Part shown: positions 1 through 10,721 of the stretch, one piece after another
Numbering within the stretch: position 1 is the first letter of the stretch
Layout: every line of letters starts with the position of its first letter
From: an uncultured Chlamydiae bacterium
Lineage (GTDB): Bacteria > Chlamydiota > Chlamydiia > Chlamydiales > Parachlamydiaceae
DNA: 64,000 nt
Assembly: GCA_963754655.1 (NCBI GenBank)
Contig: CAVWGN010000001.1
Span: forward strand, 1,984,001-2,048,000
Reading direction: 5' to 3'
Position numbers and translations under genes: made by a program
The notes under the pieces: model-generated
Databases searched by the model: none
Seen by the model: only the letters and a program-made list of their open reading frames with translations
Told to the model about the DNA's origin: nothing

Positions 1-58
1 GGAGTCCATAAATCGCAATAAAAATGAGTTTGATAACCATAAGAATGAATTAATTTTA

Positions 59-87
59 TAGACTTATAAAGTTAAATATTATAATGT
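59..87 (+). promoter_or_regulatory. Conserved candidate sigma66 promoter of cluster-1 F-box genes (TAGACT-N17-TANNNT)
   Basis: Same motif and spacing upstream of paralogs at about 59, 2086, 6086 (TATACT) and 7807. Confidence 0.5.
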
Positions 88-150
88 TATAAACTATAAA
101 TTATAGATTTAATTAAATATCCTAATCAATTTAACCAAGTAATTATTATT

Positions 151-1695
151 ATGAAAACTCCATTTCTTCATTGGCCCACAATGCCAACCCCTACAAACGA
201 AGCTTTTTTAGCTATCTCAATTCCCGAGGACGTTTTAGTAATTATTTTTGATCAGGTTGTCAATCAAAGTCAATCTGTGCGAGACATTTCTTCTATTCTA
301 CTTACCTGCCATCAATGGAAATATATTTTCGAGAAAAAGCCTTGTATATCTTTAGTACAAGCTCTTTTTCAACTTCAAAATCATCATCAATCTGTGATTA
401 AATTTCCCCAAGAGTGCTTGACAAAAAATGAACAAAACAAGAATTTTACATCGCAAGAACTTAAACTCATCGATCGAGTTCATAGCCGAATAGGATTTGA
501 AAATTTATTAATGGTCGACTCAAAATTATTTCATCCAAAGAGTTTGTTTCTTTCTCTTTTAGATCGCTATTCATGGAATCCTGAAGTTTGTAAAAAGAGC
601 GCCAATGAAAATATCCAGTTTGTGGCTAAAGAACAATTGTCTATTTTAAATTCCCTTATATTCGACACAGATGACCAAAGATTGAACGTTATTAAACATG
701 ACTTTATCGAAAAGTTTTACCTGGGTAGCATTCAAAATAAAAGCTATGGAGATGAAACATGGATGCAAGTAGAAAAATCTATTATCTCTACACTTAAAAA
801 ATTTCCTAATTTTAATGATAAAAAATTTTTCATTAAATTTGCTAAATGTTTTGGAAGTTCTGTTTTTAATATAAACGAAGACTTTAAAAAAGATCGGGAG
901 ATTGTCTTAACTGTTGTTCAGCAAAATGGTATGGCCCTTCAATTTGCAAATGAAAGCCTTAAAAAAGATCGAGAAATTGTCTTGGCTGCTATTAAGAAAA
1001 ATGGCGACGCTCTTGCATATGCAGATAAAAGCTTTAAAAAAGATCGGGAGATTGTCTTGGCGGCCATTAAGCAACATGGCTGGGCTTTTGTCTATGCAGA
1101 TGAAAGCCTTAAAAAAGATCGAGAAATTGTCTTAGCTGCTGTTACGCAAGCTGGACACACTCTTCAACGCATAGATGAAAGCTTTAAAAAAGATCAAGAG
1201 ATTGTCTTAGCTGCTGTTAAGCAAGATGGACGCGCTCTTGACTGTGCAGATAAAAGCCTTACAAAAGATCAAGAAGTTGTCTTGGCTGCTGTTAAGCAAG
1301 ATGGACGCGCTCTTCAATATGCAGATGAAAGCCTTAGAAACGATCGAGAAGTTGTCTTGGCTGCCGTTAAACAAAGAGGCGGCGCTCTTAAATATGCAAA
1401 TGAAAATCTTAAAAAAGATCGAGCGTTTGTCTTGTTGGCTGTTCAGCAAAGAGGCTGCGCTCTTGAATACGCAGATGAAAGCTTTAAAAAAGATCGAGCG
1501 TTTGTCTTGTTGGCTGTTCAACAAAGAGGCTGCGCTCTTGAATATGCAGATGAAAGCCTTAGAAAAGATCGAGAAATTGTCTTGGCGGCCGTTAAACAAA
1601 ATAGCCGGGCTATTCACTATGCAGATAAAAATCTTCAAAAAGATCAAGAGATTGTCTTGGCTGCCTCTCAGCAAGATGGTAAGGCTCTTCAATAA
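151..1695 (+). CDS. F-box-like / DUF4116-like 25-aa repeat protein (about 11 repeats), candidate T3SS effector
   Basis: N-terminal IPEDVLVIIF...ILLTCHQWK F-box-like motif, ~190-aa family core, then tandem ADESLKKDREIVLAAVxQxGxALxY repeats. Decayed repeat sequence continues past the stop. Confidence 0.85.
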   Translation: MKTPFLHWPTMPTPTNEAFLAISIPEDVLVIIFDQVVNQSQSVRDISSILLTCHQWKYIFEKKPCISLVQALFQLQNHHQSVIKFPQECLTKNEQNKNFTSQELKLIDRVHSRIGFENLLMVDSKLFHPKSLFLSLLDRYSWNPEVCKKSANENIQFVAKEQLSILNSLIFDTDDQRLNVIKHDFIEKFYLGSIQNKSYGDETWMQVEKSIISTLKKFPNFNDKKFFIKFAKCFGSSVFNINEDFKKDREIVLTVVQQNGMALQFANESLKKDREIVLAAIKKNGDALAYADKSFKKDREIVLAAIKQHGWAFVYADESLKKDREIVLAAVTQAGHTLQRIDESFKKDQEIVLAAVKQDGRALDCADKSLTKDQEVVLAAVKQDGRALQYADESLRNDREVVLAAVKQRGGALKYANENLKKDRAFVLLAVQQRGCALEYADESFKKDRAFVLLAVQQRGCALEYADESLRKDREIVLAAVKQNSRAIHYADKNLQKDQEIVLAASQQDGKALQ

Positions 1696-2156
1696 TGCAG
1701 ATGCAAGCCTTAAAAAAGATTAAGAGATTGTCTTATTAGCCTTTCCCTTTCAGCAAAAATAGCTCGACTCTTATATATGCCAATGAAATTTTAAAAAATT
1801 TATAGCAAATTTTTAGTCGGTTGACAAAAGATAATCAAAAAGTTGACAATAGAAATAGGAAGTATCTAAATGTTCCTTGCCTTCCATCACTATTATCTAC
1901 TCCTCAAAATACCCCAGCTTTTTTCTCCCGACCTGCTTTCCTTCAACATTTGCTGAGATAGATTCGAGTGTTTTGATGAAAATTATTCAGTAGAGTAACA
2001 TGTAATAAGGATCATATCCGCCTGTTCAACGGAAATAAGGAACCTTCTTCTCCCAGCAAAAAATCATTCAAGAAATGTAAGTTTATAGACTTATAAAATT
2101 AAATATTATAAATTTACTCTAACTATTGCATTAATCAATTTAATCAAAAAATAATT

Positions 2157-3578
2157 ATGAAAACTTCCTTCTTTTATTCATCCACAATGCCAAACATTTC
2201 AAATGAAGATTTTTTAGACAGCTTGCCTAATGAGGTGTTAGGAATTATTTTTGATCAGGTTGTCAATCAAAGCCAATCTTCACCTGATATTTATTCTATT
2301 CTACTTACTTGTCAAAAATGGAAACACGTTATTGAGGAGCATCCTTGCATCTCATTAGTGCAGGCTCTTTTTCAACTTAAGTTTAGCCATCGAGCCGCTA
2401 TTAAGATTCCCCAGGAGTGTATCATAACTAAGCACAAGCAGCATTTTACATGTCAGGAATTTAAACTGATCAATCGGGTCCATAGTGACAAAAGATTTGA
2501 AAAATTGTTAATGATCAAGTCAGAATTATTTCAAGTGAATAGTGTATTTCTTTCTCTTTTGGATCGCTATCCGTGGGATTTTGAAGTTTGCAAAAAAAGT
2601 GCCAATAAAAACATCCAGCATATAGCTGAAAAACAATCATCTATTTTAAGCTCTCTTATATCTGGCACTGATGAAGAAAGATTAACCATTATCAAAAATG
2701 ACTTTATCGAAAAATTTTATCATGGCGGTCGAGGTCGGATATGGCAAACGGCCGAAAGATTTCTCATCTCCACACTCAAAAAATTTACTCCTTTTAACGA
2801 TAACGCACTTTTTATTAAAGTTGCTCGCTGTTTTGGACATGCTGTTTTTGATATAGATGAAAGCCTTAAAAAAGATCGAGAGATTGTCTTGGCTGCCCTC
2901 CAGCAAAATGGCATGAATTTTCAATTTGCAGATGAAAGCCTTAAAAAAGATCGAGAGATTGCCTTAGCTGCCATTAATCAAGATGCTTGGGCTCTTCAAT
3001 TTGCAGATGAAAGTCTTAAAAAAGATCGAGACATTGTCTTAGCTGCTGTTCAGCAATATGGCCAAGCTCTTCGATATGCAGATGGAAGCCTTAAAAAAGA
3101 TCGAGACATTGTCTTAGCTGCCGTTAATCAGGATAGCGTAGCTCTTCAATATGCAGATGATCGTCTTAAAAAAGATCAAGAAATTGTCTTGGCTGCTGTT
3201 CAACAAAATGGTATGAATCTTCAATTTGCAGATGAAAGCCTTAAAAAAGACCGAGAGATTGTTTTGGTTGCCGTTAAGCAAAATGGCTTAGCTCTTCTAT
3301 ATGCAAATGAAAGCCTTAAAAAAGATCGAGAAGTTGTTTTGTTTGCCGTCAAGCAATATGGCTGGGCTCTTATATTTGCAGATGAAAGCCTTAAAAAAGA
3401 TCGAGAGATTGTTTTGGCTGCCGTTCAGGAGTATGGCTGGTCTCTTCTATTTGCAGATTCAAGCTTTAAAAAAGATCGAGAAATTGTCTTGGCTGCCGTT
3501 AAGGAAAATGACAGAGTTCTTCTATTTGCAGATGAAATCGTTAAAAAAGATCAAGAGATTATTTTTGCTCCTCTTTAG
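2157..3578 (+). CDS. F-box-like / DUF4116-like repeat protein (about 9 repeats)
   Basis: LPNEVLGIIFDQ...ILLTCQKWK, paralogous core, 25-aa repeats. Confidence 0.85.
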   Translation: MKTSFFYSSTMPNISNEDFLDSLPNEVLGIIFDQVVNQSQSSPDIYSILLTCQKWKHVIEEHPCISLVQALFQLKFSHRAAIKIPQECIITKHKQHFTCQEFKLINRVHSDKRFEKLLMIKSELFQVNSVFLSLLDRYPWDFEVCKKSANKNIQHIAEKQSSILSSLISGTDEERLTIIKNDFIEKFYHGGRGRIWQTAERFLISTLKKFTPFNDNALFIKVARCFGHAVFDIDESLKKDREIVLAALQQNGMNFQFADESLKKDREIALAAINQDAWALQFADESLKKDRDIVLAAVQQYGQALRYADGSLKKDRDIVLAAVNQDSVALQYADDRLKKDQEIVLAAVQQNGMNLQFADESLKKDREIVLVAVKQNGLALLYANESLKKDREVVLFAVKQYGWALIFADESLKKDREIVLAAVQEYGWSLLFADSSFKKDREIVLAAVKENDRVLLFADEIVKKDQEIIFAPL

Positions 3579-3836
3579 CAAGATAGGCTTGTTTATCCCA
3601 TATGCAGATTTAAGCCTTCAAGAAAACCTTTAATTTCACTAAATAACACTATCTTGTCAACTTTGCAAATTTTTAGTTCAGTTAACAGAGTGTCATGTAA
3701 CCTGAAGGGCTTCCAGTGTCAAATATTTTTAGTAAAAACACCCTGCCTAGAATGCTGTGTATAAAGACCCTTTGCTATGAATATTTAAATGATCTAAGTA
3801 CAACAACCATTTTTTCTGGTTCACAGTACCCTTCCA

Positions 3837-4988
3837 CCGGGACTTAACAAAGAACTATTTTTGGACTTGATATTCGTCGCATCAATTTAACAACACCACG
3901 GCTGTAATAGACTTTAGAGGCATATCTCCCGAAAATAACGCGAAAAACATCAAGCCCAAAACAGTTCTTTGTTAAGTCCCGGCATATGGCTAGGTAATCG
4001 GAATTTTTATCTTTGTTTTTGCAATGTTGCTTGATCCATATCCTTTCCCTCAGCGACGAGTGGCGTTAGCCGCGCATGGATAGTAGCCGTGGATGTAGGC
4101 GCAAGCCGAAACCCACGGTTACCCTCAAAACAAATTTGAGCCACGTTAGTGGCGTAGCATTCGTTTAAATAAACATTGCTCCACAATCACATTTCCTACG
4201 CCACTAACGTGGCTTCATTTTTTTACCATACACCGTGGGTTTCGGCTTGCGCCTACACCCACGGCTACTATCCATGCGCGGCTAACGCCGCTTGAGCGAC
4301 AAATTTAGCTTCTGGAGTTTGCCAGAAGCATTTCGATCCTAGCCTATGGCCGGGACTTAACAAAGAACTGTTTTGGGCTTGATGTTTTTCGTGCCATTTT
4401 CGGGAAATATGCCTCTAAAGTCTATTATAGGCGCGGTGTTGTTAAATTGACGGGACGAATATCAAGCTCAAAACAGTTCTTTGTTAAGTCCCGGCCATAG
4501 GCTAGGATCGAAATGCTTCCGGCAAACTCCAGAAGCTAAATTTGTCGCTCAAGCGGCGTTAGCCGCGCATGGATAGTAGCCGTGGGTGTAGGCGCAAGCC
4601 GAAACCCACGGCTACCCTCAAAACAAATTTGAGCCACGTTAGTGGCGTAGCATTCGTTTAAATAAACATTGCTCCACAATCACATTTCCTACGCCACTAA
4701 CGTGGCTTCATTTTTTTTACCATACACCGTGGGTTCCGGCTTGCGCCTACACCCACGGCTACTATCCATGCGCGGCTAACGCCGCTTGAGCGACAAATTT
4801 AGCTTCTGGAGTTTGCCAGAAGCATTTCCTTCCTATCCTATGGCCGGGACTTAACAAAGAACTGTTTTGGGCTTGATGTTTTTCGTGCCATTTTCGGGAA
4901 ATATGCCTCTAAAGTCTATTACAGGCGCGGTGTTGTTAAATTGACGGGACGAATATCAAGCCCAAAACAGTTCTTTGTTAAGTCCCAG
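3837..4988. repeat. Composite array of three ~145-bp MITE-like elements alternating with two REPIN-like palindromic units
   Basis: CCGGGACTTAACAAAGAACT...AGTTCTTTGTTAAGTCCCGG at 3837-3982 (inverted), 4350-4494 and 4844-4988. GTAGCCGTGGGTGTAGGCGCAAGCCGAAACCCACGG inverted pairs lie between them. Direct period about 494 bp. Confidence 0.9.
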
Positions 4989-5139
4989 CCCTCCACTATC
5001 TACTCAATCATTCATTGCAAATGCAAAGCCATTTTTGATTAAAATATTCGCGAGAGCATACAATAGAGTGTTCACCTGTCCCAGCATAGGTGACGTCCTT
5101 CTATCCTGACAAAAAGCATTTATAAATGAATTAACTTTG

Positions 5140-6069
5140 TGTTAAACTAATTTAGAAATTTCCGCTTTGGCCAATTTAGAAATTTCCGATTTTCTATAAA
5201 TAATTATATCACATTCCTTAATTCCTTTTGTTTCATATGGATGTTAAATGATTGATTTTTCCAAGGATGAGTAGATTTTTTTGGATGGCCAAATTCTTGA
5301 ATTCCAATCTTGCATTTTATCCTCATTTTCAGAAGGCAATTCGTTATATGGGATAAAATGAAGTTCTTTATCCTTAAAGAATAAACGCAAAATTCCATTT
5401 CTTTGTTGCCTTATTTCAATTTTAGCCTTTTTGGAAGTGTAAAATTCCTTTCTTCACAAATTTGATAAATTTTGTTATTAAAATGAATGGACAGATCGTT
5501 TGTTAAAGTTCTTTCCTCGTACCTGCATAAAATACGAGAAAGATCATTTTCTAGGGGGCCGGTGAGCATCAAAAGTGCTAGCCGGTTCCTTAGAAAATTT
5601 ATTATTATGTAAAGGAATGTATTTTTTAAAAAATTCATTGGCATCTTTTAGGTTTGGGATATTCCTAAGCCGCATTGATGAATCTCCTGCAATTTCTCAC
5701 TAATAAGTGTTAGACCAAAATCTTCATAATGCTCTTTAATGAGATCCAAAACTTTTCTTTTAAATTGCGGATTATAGCTTCGGTTACTTGATTTTCCGCG
5801 CTGTTTGGATACCAAGCCTTTAAGGCCTTGCCTCCTATGCTCATAAAGAAGATTGCGCACTTGCCTTGTCGATAGATTTAATAATCTGCACTTTACTTGC
5901 GAAATATGCTTGGTATTGATTTCTAATAAAATTCTATAACGTTCAAGTTTTTTACTAGACATTTCCAATATTTCCTCCATTTTAGACCTCCTTTGTGTAA
6001 GGAAGTCATTTACCAAAAACGGAAATTTCTAACTTGGTAGAAACCGGAAATTTCTAATTTGTTCTAACA
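5140..6069 (-). mobile_element. Internally deleted IS1202-family (formerly ISNCY) element with fragmented transposase
   Basis: TGT...ACA ends with imperfect TIRs and reiterated TAGAAATTTCCG sites. 16-bp direct repeat AAATGAATTAACTTTG at 5124-5139 and 6070-6085. ORF 5648-6016 has the HTH segment LSTRQVRNLL...GLVSKQRGKSSNR; C-terminal pieces at 5204-5644. Confidence 0.85.
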
Positions 6070-6104
6070 AAATGAATTAACTTTGTATACTGATAAAGTT
6101 AAAT

Positions 6105-6160
6105 ATTATAAAATTATAAAATTATAAAATTATAAAATTATAAAATTATAAAATTATAAA
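6105..6160 (+). repeat. Tandem repeat (ATTATAAA)x7 in the promoter/leader of the 6204 gene
   Basis: Seven exact 8-bp copies read directly. Confidence 0.9.
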
Positions 6161-6203
6161 TTTAACTAAATTAAATACTAATCAATTTAAACAAAGAATT
6201 ATT

Positions 6204-7610
6204 ATGAAAACTACCCTCCATTGGCCTACAATCCCAAACATTTCAAACGAAGCTTTTTTAGCTACCTCACTTCCCGAGGAAGTTTTAGGAATTATTTTTG
6301 ATCAGGTTGTCAATCAAAATCAATCTGTGCAAGACATTTTTTCTATTCTACTTACCTGTCATCAATGGAAATGTGTTTTTGATAAAAACCCTTGCATATC
6401 TTTGGTGCAAGCTCTTTTTCAACTTCAACATCATCCTCAATCTGAAATTAAGTTTCCCCAAGAGTGCCTGAGAGTTGAACAAGACAAGAATTTTACGTCG
6501 CAAGAACTTAAACTCATCGACCGATTTCATAGCCAACAAGGATTTGAAAATTTATTAATGCGCGACTCAAAATTATTTCACCCAAAGAGTTTATTTCTTT
6601 CTCTTTTAGACCACTATTCATGGAATCCTGAAAGTTGCAAAACCAGCACCAATGAAAATATCCAGCGTGTGGCTGAAGAACAATTGTCTATTTTAAATTC
6701 CCTTATATTAGGCACGGATGACCAAAGATTAGCCGTTATTAAACATGACTTTATCGAAAAATTTTACCTGGGTGTTAGTCAAAATAAAACTAATCGAGAT
6801 GAAACATGGAGACAATTAGAAAGATCTGTTATCTCTACACTTAAAAAATTTCCCAATTTTAACGATAAAAAAGTTTTTATTAAATGTGTTCAATGCTTTG
6901 GACGTTCTGTTTTTACTATAAACGACAGCTTTAAAAAAGATCGGGAGATGGTCTTGGCTGCTGTTAAGCAAAATGAAACAACTCTTCACTATGTAGATGA
7001 AAGCTTTAAAAAAGATCAAGAGATTGTCTTGGTTGCTGTTAAGCGATGTGGGAACATGCTTCACCATGTAGATGAAAGCTTTAAAAAAGATCGAGAAATT
7101 GTCTTAGCTGCTGTTAAGCAACAGTTCCGCATTCTACAATTTATAGATGAAAGCCTTAAAAAAGATCGAGAGATTGTCTTAGCTGCTGTTAAGCAAGATG
7201 GACGCGCTCTTCAATATGCAGCTGAAAGCCTTAAAAAAGATCGAAAACTTGTCTTGGCTGCGGTTAAGCAAAGAGGCGAGGCTCTTCAATATGCAGATGA
7301 AAGCCTTAAAAAAGATCGAGACTTTGTCTTGTCGGCTGTTCAACAAAGAAGCGGCGCTCTTGAATATGCAGATAAAAGCTTTCAAAAAGATCGAGACTTT
7401 GTCTTGTTAGCTGTTCAGCAAAGAGGCAGCGCTCTTGAATATGCAGATGCAAGCTTTAGAAAAGATCGAGACATTGTCTTGGCTGCTGTTAAGCAATATG
7501 GCTGGGCTCTTCAATATGCAGATGCAAGTCTTAAAAAAGATCAAGAGATTGTCGAGGCGGCTGCCGTTAAGCAAAATGTCTATGCGTTTGCGTTTAGCTT
7601 GTTGGGCTAG
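6204..7610 (+). CDS. F-box-like / DUF4116-like repeat protein (8-9 repeats)
   Basis: LPEEVLGIIFDQ...LLTCHQWK; closest paralog of the 151 gene. Confidence 0.85.
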   Translation: MKTTLHWPTIPNISNEAFLATSLPEEVLGIIFDQVVNQNQSVQDIFSILLTCHQWKCVFDKNPCISLVQALFQLQHHPQSEIKFPQECLRVEQDKNFTSQELKLIDRFHSQQGFENLLMRDSKLFHPKSLFLSLLDHYSWNPESCKTSTNENIQRVAEEQLSILNSLILGTDDQRLAVIKHDFIEKFYLGVSQNKTNRDETWRQLERSVISTLKKFPNFNDKKVFIKCVQCFGRSVFTINDSFKKDREMVLAAVKQNETTLHYVDESFKKDQEIVLVAVKRCGNMLHHVDESFKKDREIVLAAVKQQFRILQFIDESLKKDREIVLAAVKQDGRALQYAAESLKKDRKLVLAAVKQRGEALQYADESLKKDRDFVLSAVQQRSGALEYADKSFQKDRDFVLLAVQQRGSALEYADASFRKDRDIVLAAVKQYGWALQYADASLKKDQEIVEAAAVKQNVYAFAFSLLG

Positions 7611-7636
7611 AATGCTGTGTATAAAGACCCGGTAAG

Positions 7637-7721
7637 TGACTTTATCGAAAAATTTTACCTGGATAGCATTCAAAATAAAAATGATCGAGATGAAACATGG
7701 AATCAAGTAGAAAAATCTATT
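7637..7721 (+). pseudogene. Short internal remnant of another F-box/repeat paralog
   Basis: TGACTTTATCGAAAAATTTTACCTGGATAGCATTCAAAATAAA...GATGAAACATGG matches about 699-783 and 6747-6830. Confidence 0.75.
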
Positions 7722-7886
7722 AAAATGAATGTATCCCATCTCCTCCAAAAGATAAGAAACCCTCTTCTTCTCTGACAGAGAAGCATTCATGAATGACTTA
7801 ACTTCGTAGACTTATAAAATTAAATATTTTAAAATTAAAATTATATATTTAATCTAAATACCACACTATTTAATTTAAAAATAATT

Positions 7887-9287
7887 ATGCAAATAATCAC
7901 CTTTAATTCAGATAAAATGGAAAACACTTCAAATGAAGCATTTTTAGACACCTTACTTCCCAAGGAGGTGTTGGGAGTTATTTTTGACCAGGTTGTCAAT
8001 CAAAGCCAATCTTTAGCCGATATTTCTTCTATTTTACTCACCTGTCAAAAATGGAAAGACGTTCTTGAGGAGAACCCGTGCATCTCTTTAGTGCAGGCCC
8101 TGTTTCAAGTTAAAATGAGTCATGGATCTGCTATTAAGCTTCCCCAGGAGTGTATTAAAACTGAGCAAAAGAAGTATTTTACATCTCAGGAACTTAAACT
8201 GATCGATCTAGTTCATAGTGAAAAAAGATTTGAAAAATTGTTAATGGTTAAGTCCGAATTATTTCAATTGAATAGTTTATTTCTTTCTCTTTTGGATCGC
8301 TATCCGTGGGATCTTGAAACTTGCAAAAATAGCGCCAATAAAAATATCCAGCTTGTGGCTGAAAAACAATTGTCTATTTTAAACTCTCTTGCATCAGGCA
8401 CTGATGACCAAATATTAACCGTTATCAAAGATGACTTTATTGAAAAATTTTACCAGGGTAGTCGAGGTGAAACATGGCAGCCGGCAAAAACATCTATCAT
8501 CTCCACGCTTAAAAAATTTCCCAATTTTAATGATAAAAAACTTTTTATTAAAGTTGCTCATTGTTTTGGACGTTCGGTTTTTGATATACATGAAGGCTTT
8601 AAAAATGATCGAGAGATTGTCTTGGCTGCCGTTCAGCAAAATGGCTGGGCTCTGCAATATGCGCATGAAAGCCTTCAAAAAGATCGAGAGATTGTCCTGA
8701 CAGCTGTTCAGCAAACTGCCTGGGTTCTTCAATTTGCACATGCAAGCCTTCAAGAGGATCGACAGATTGTTTTAGCTGCCGTTAAGCAAAATGGTTGGGC
8801 TGTTCAATATGCAAATGAAAGCCTTCAAAAAGATCGAGAAATTTTCTTGGCTGCCGTTAAGCAATATAGCTGGGCTCTTCAATTTGCAGATGAAAACCTT
8901 AAAAAAGATCGTGAGATTGTTTTGGCTGCCATTCAACAAGATGGCAGATCTCTTAGATATGCAGATGAAAGTTTAAAAAAAGATCGAGATATTGTCTTAG
9001 CTGCCGTTCAGCAAAATGGCTGGGCCCTTCAATATGCAGATGAAAGCCTTAAAAAAGATCGAGAGATTTTCTTGGCTGCCGTTCAGCAGAATGGCTGGGC
9101 TCTTCAATTTGCGGATGAAAACTTTAAAAAAGATCGAGAGATTATCTTAGCTGCCGTTCAACAAGATGGTAGAGCTCTTCGATATGCAGATGAGAGTTTT
9201 AAAAAAGATCGAGAAATTGTTTTGACTGCCATTAAGCAAAATCGTTTGTCTGTTCACTATGCAGATTTAAGCCTTCAAATAGTATAA
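7887..9287 (+). CDS. F-box-like / DUF4116-like repeat protein (about 9 repeats)
   Basis: LPKEVLGVIFDQ...LLTCQKWK plus 25-aa repeats. Confidence 0.85.
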   Translation: MQIITFNSDKMENTSNEAFLDTLLPKEVLGVIFDQVVNQSQSLADISSILLTCQKWKDVLEENPCISLVQALFQVKMSHGSAIKLPQECIKTEQKKYFTSQELKLIDLVHSEKRFEKLLMVKSELFQLNSLFLSLLDRYPWDLETCKNSANKNIQLVAEKQLSILNSLASGTDDQILTVIKDDFIEKFYQGSRGETWQPAKTSIISTLKKFPNFNDKKLFIKVAHCFGRSVFDIHEGFKNDREIVLAAVQQNGWALQYAHESLQKDREIVLTAVQQTAWVLQFAHASLQEDRQIVLAAVKQNGWAVQYANESLQKDREIFLAAVKQYSWALQFADENLKKDREIVLAAIQQDGRSLRYADESLKKDRDIVLAAVQQNGWALQYADESLKKDREIFLAAVQQNGWALQFADENFKKDREIILAAVQQDGRALRYADESFKKDREIVLTAIKQNRLSVHYADLSLQIV

Positions 9288-9433
9288 GATATTTGGGCGG
9301 AAGATCTTGACAGAGAAATATTCATAAAATATCTAGACTTAAAAAATAAAAAAAACACAAAATCAATAAAAAAAATTAAGTATATAGATTTAAGACAAAA
9401 TTCATAATAATTATTCTAATTTAAAAAATAATT

Positions 9434-10672
9434 ATGCAATTAACTTCCATTCATTCACAAATAATACAAAACATTTCAAACGAACCTTTCTTAGATACCT
9501 CACTTCCTAAGGAAATATTAGGAGTTATTTTTGAGCAGGTTATCAATCAAAGCGACTTTTTAGGTGACATTTCTTCTATTCTACTCACCTGTCAAAATTG
9601 GAAAGGCATCCTTGAAAAGAACTCTTGCATCTCGTTGGCGCAGACTCTTTTTCAACTTCAATTTAGTCATCGATCTACTATTAAGTTTCCTCAGGAGTGT
9701 ATCACAACTAAGCAAAAGCAGCATTTTACATCTCAGGAACTTAAAATGATCGACCAAGTTCATGGTAAAACAAGATTTGAAAAATTGTTAATGGTCCAGT
9801 CAGAATTATTTCACTCGAATAGTTTATTTCTTTCTCTTTTGGATCGCTATCCATGGGACCTTGAAGTTTGCAAAAAGAGCGCCAATAAAAATATTCAACT
9901 TGTGGCTAAAGATCAATTGTCTATTTTAGACTCTCTTATAGCAGGTTCTGATGACCAAAAATTAACCATTATCAAAAATGATTTTATCAAAAAATTTTAC
10001 AACGGCGGCCGAGGTCAAACATGGGATCAAGCAAAAAAATCTGTCATCTCCACATTTAAAAATCTTCCCAATTTTAATGATAAAAAAATTTTTATTAAAA
10101 TTGCGCGCTGTTTTACAGACGCCGTTTTTTATATACACGAACGCTTTAAAAAAGATCGAGAGATTGTCTTGGCTGCCGTTCAGCAAAATGGCTGGGCTCT
10201 TCAATTTGCAGATGAAAGCCTTAAGAAAGATCGAGCAATTGTCTTAGCTGCCGTTAAGCAATATAGCTGGGCTCTTCGATATGCAGATGAAACCCTTCAA
10301 AAAGATCGAGAGATTGTCTTGGCTGCCGTTAAGCAAATTGGCGATACTCTTCAATTGGCACATGAAACTCTTAAAAAAGATCGGGAGATTGTCTTGGCTG
10401 CTGTTAAGCAAAATGGTGTGGCTCTTCAATATGCAGATGAAAGCTTTAAAAAAGATCGAGAGGTTGTCTCAGCTGCCATTCAACAAGATGGCAGAGCGCT
10501 TAGATATGTAGATGAAAACCTTAAAAAAGATCGAAAGATTGTCTTGATGGCCGTTAAACAAAACCCCCTTGCTATTCAACATGCGGATTTAACTCTTCAA
10601 ATCGAACTTATAAATTCACAACACCCCTACATAACACTATCTAATCAAATTTGCAAATTTTTGCTCAGTTAA
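9434..10672 (+). CDS. F-box-like / DUF4116-like repeat protein (about 6 repeats)
   Basis: LPKEILGVIFEQ...LLTCQNWK plus 25-aa repeats. Confidence 0.85.
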   Translation: MQLTSIHSQIIQNISNEPFLDTSLPKEILGVIFEQVINQSDFLGDISSILLTCQNWKGILEKNSCISLAQTLFQLQFSHRSTIKFPQECITTKQKQHFTSQELKMIDQVHGKTRFEKLLMVQSELFHSNSLFLSLLDRYPWDLEVCKKSANKNIQLVAKDQLSILDSLIAGSDDQKLTIIKNDFIKKFYNGGRGQTWDQAKKSVISTFKNLPNFNDKKIFIKIARCFTDAVFYIHERFKKDREIVLAAVQQNGWALQFADESLKKDRAIVLAAVKQYSWALRYADETLQKDREIVLAAVKQIGDTLQLAHETLKKDREIVLAAVKQNGVALQYADESFKKDREVVSAAIQQDGRALRYVDENLKKDRKIVLMAVKQNPLAIQHADLTLQIELINSQHPYITLSNQICKFLLS

Positions 10673-10721
10673 AAAAATTAGGGGTGATTGTTCAAACAAT
10701 TTTTCAAATTGTTTCCTATAA

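Noticed and set aside
3837..4988. Possible CRISPR array
   Set aside because: Units are 145-500 bp, inverted and nested, the intervening sequences are repeated rather than unique, and no cas genes are present.
7407..7790. 127-aa minus-strand ORF between effector genes
   Set aside because: Runs antisense through a paralog remnant and repeats; no recognisable domain.
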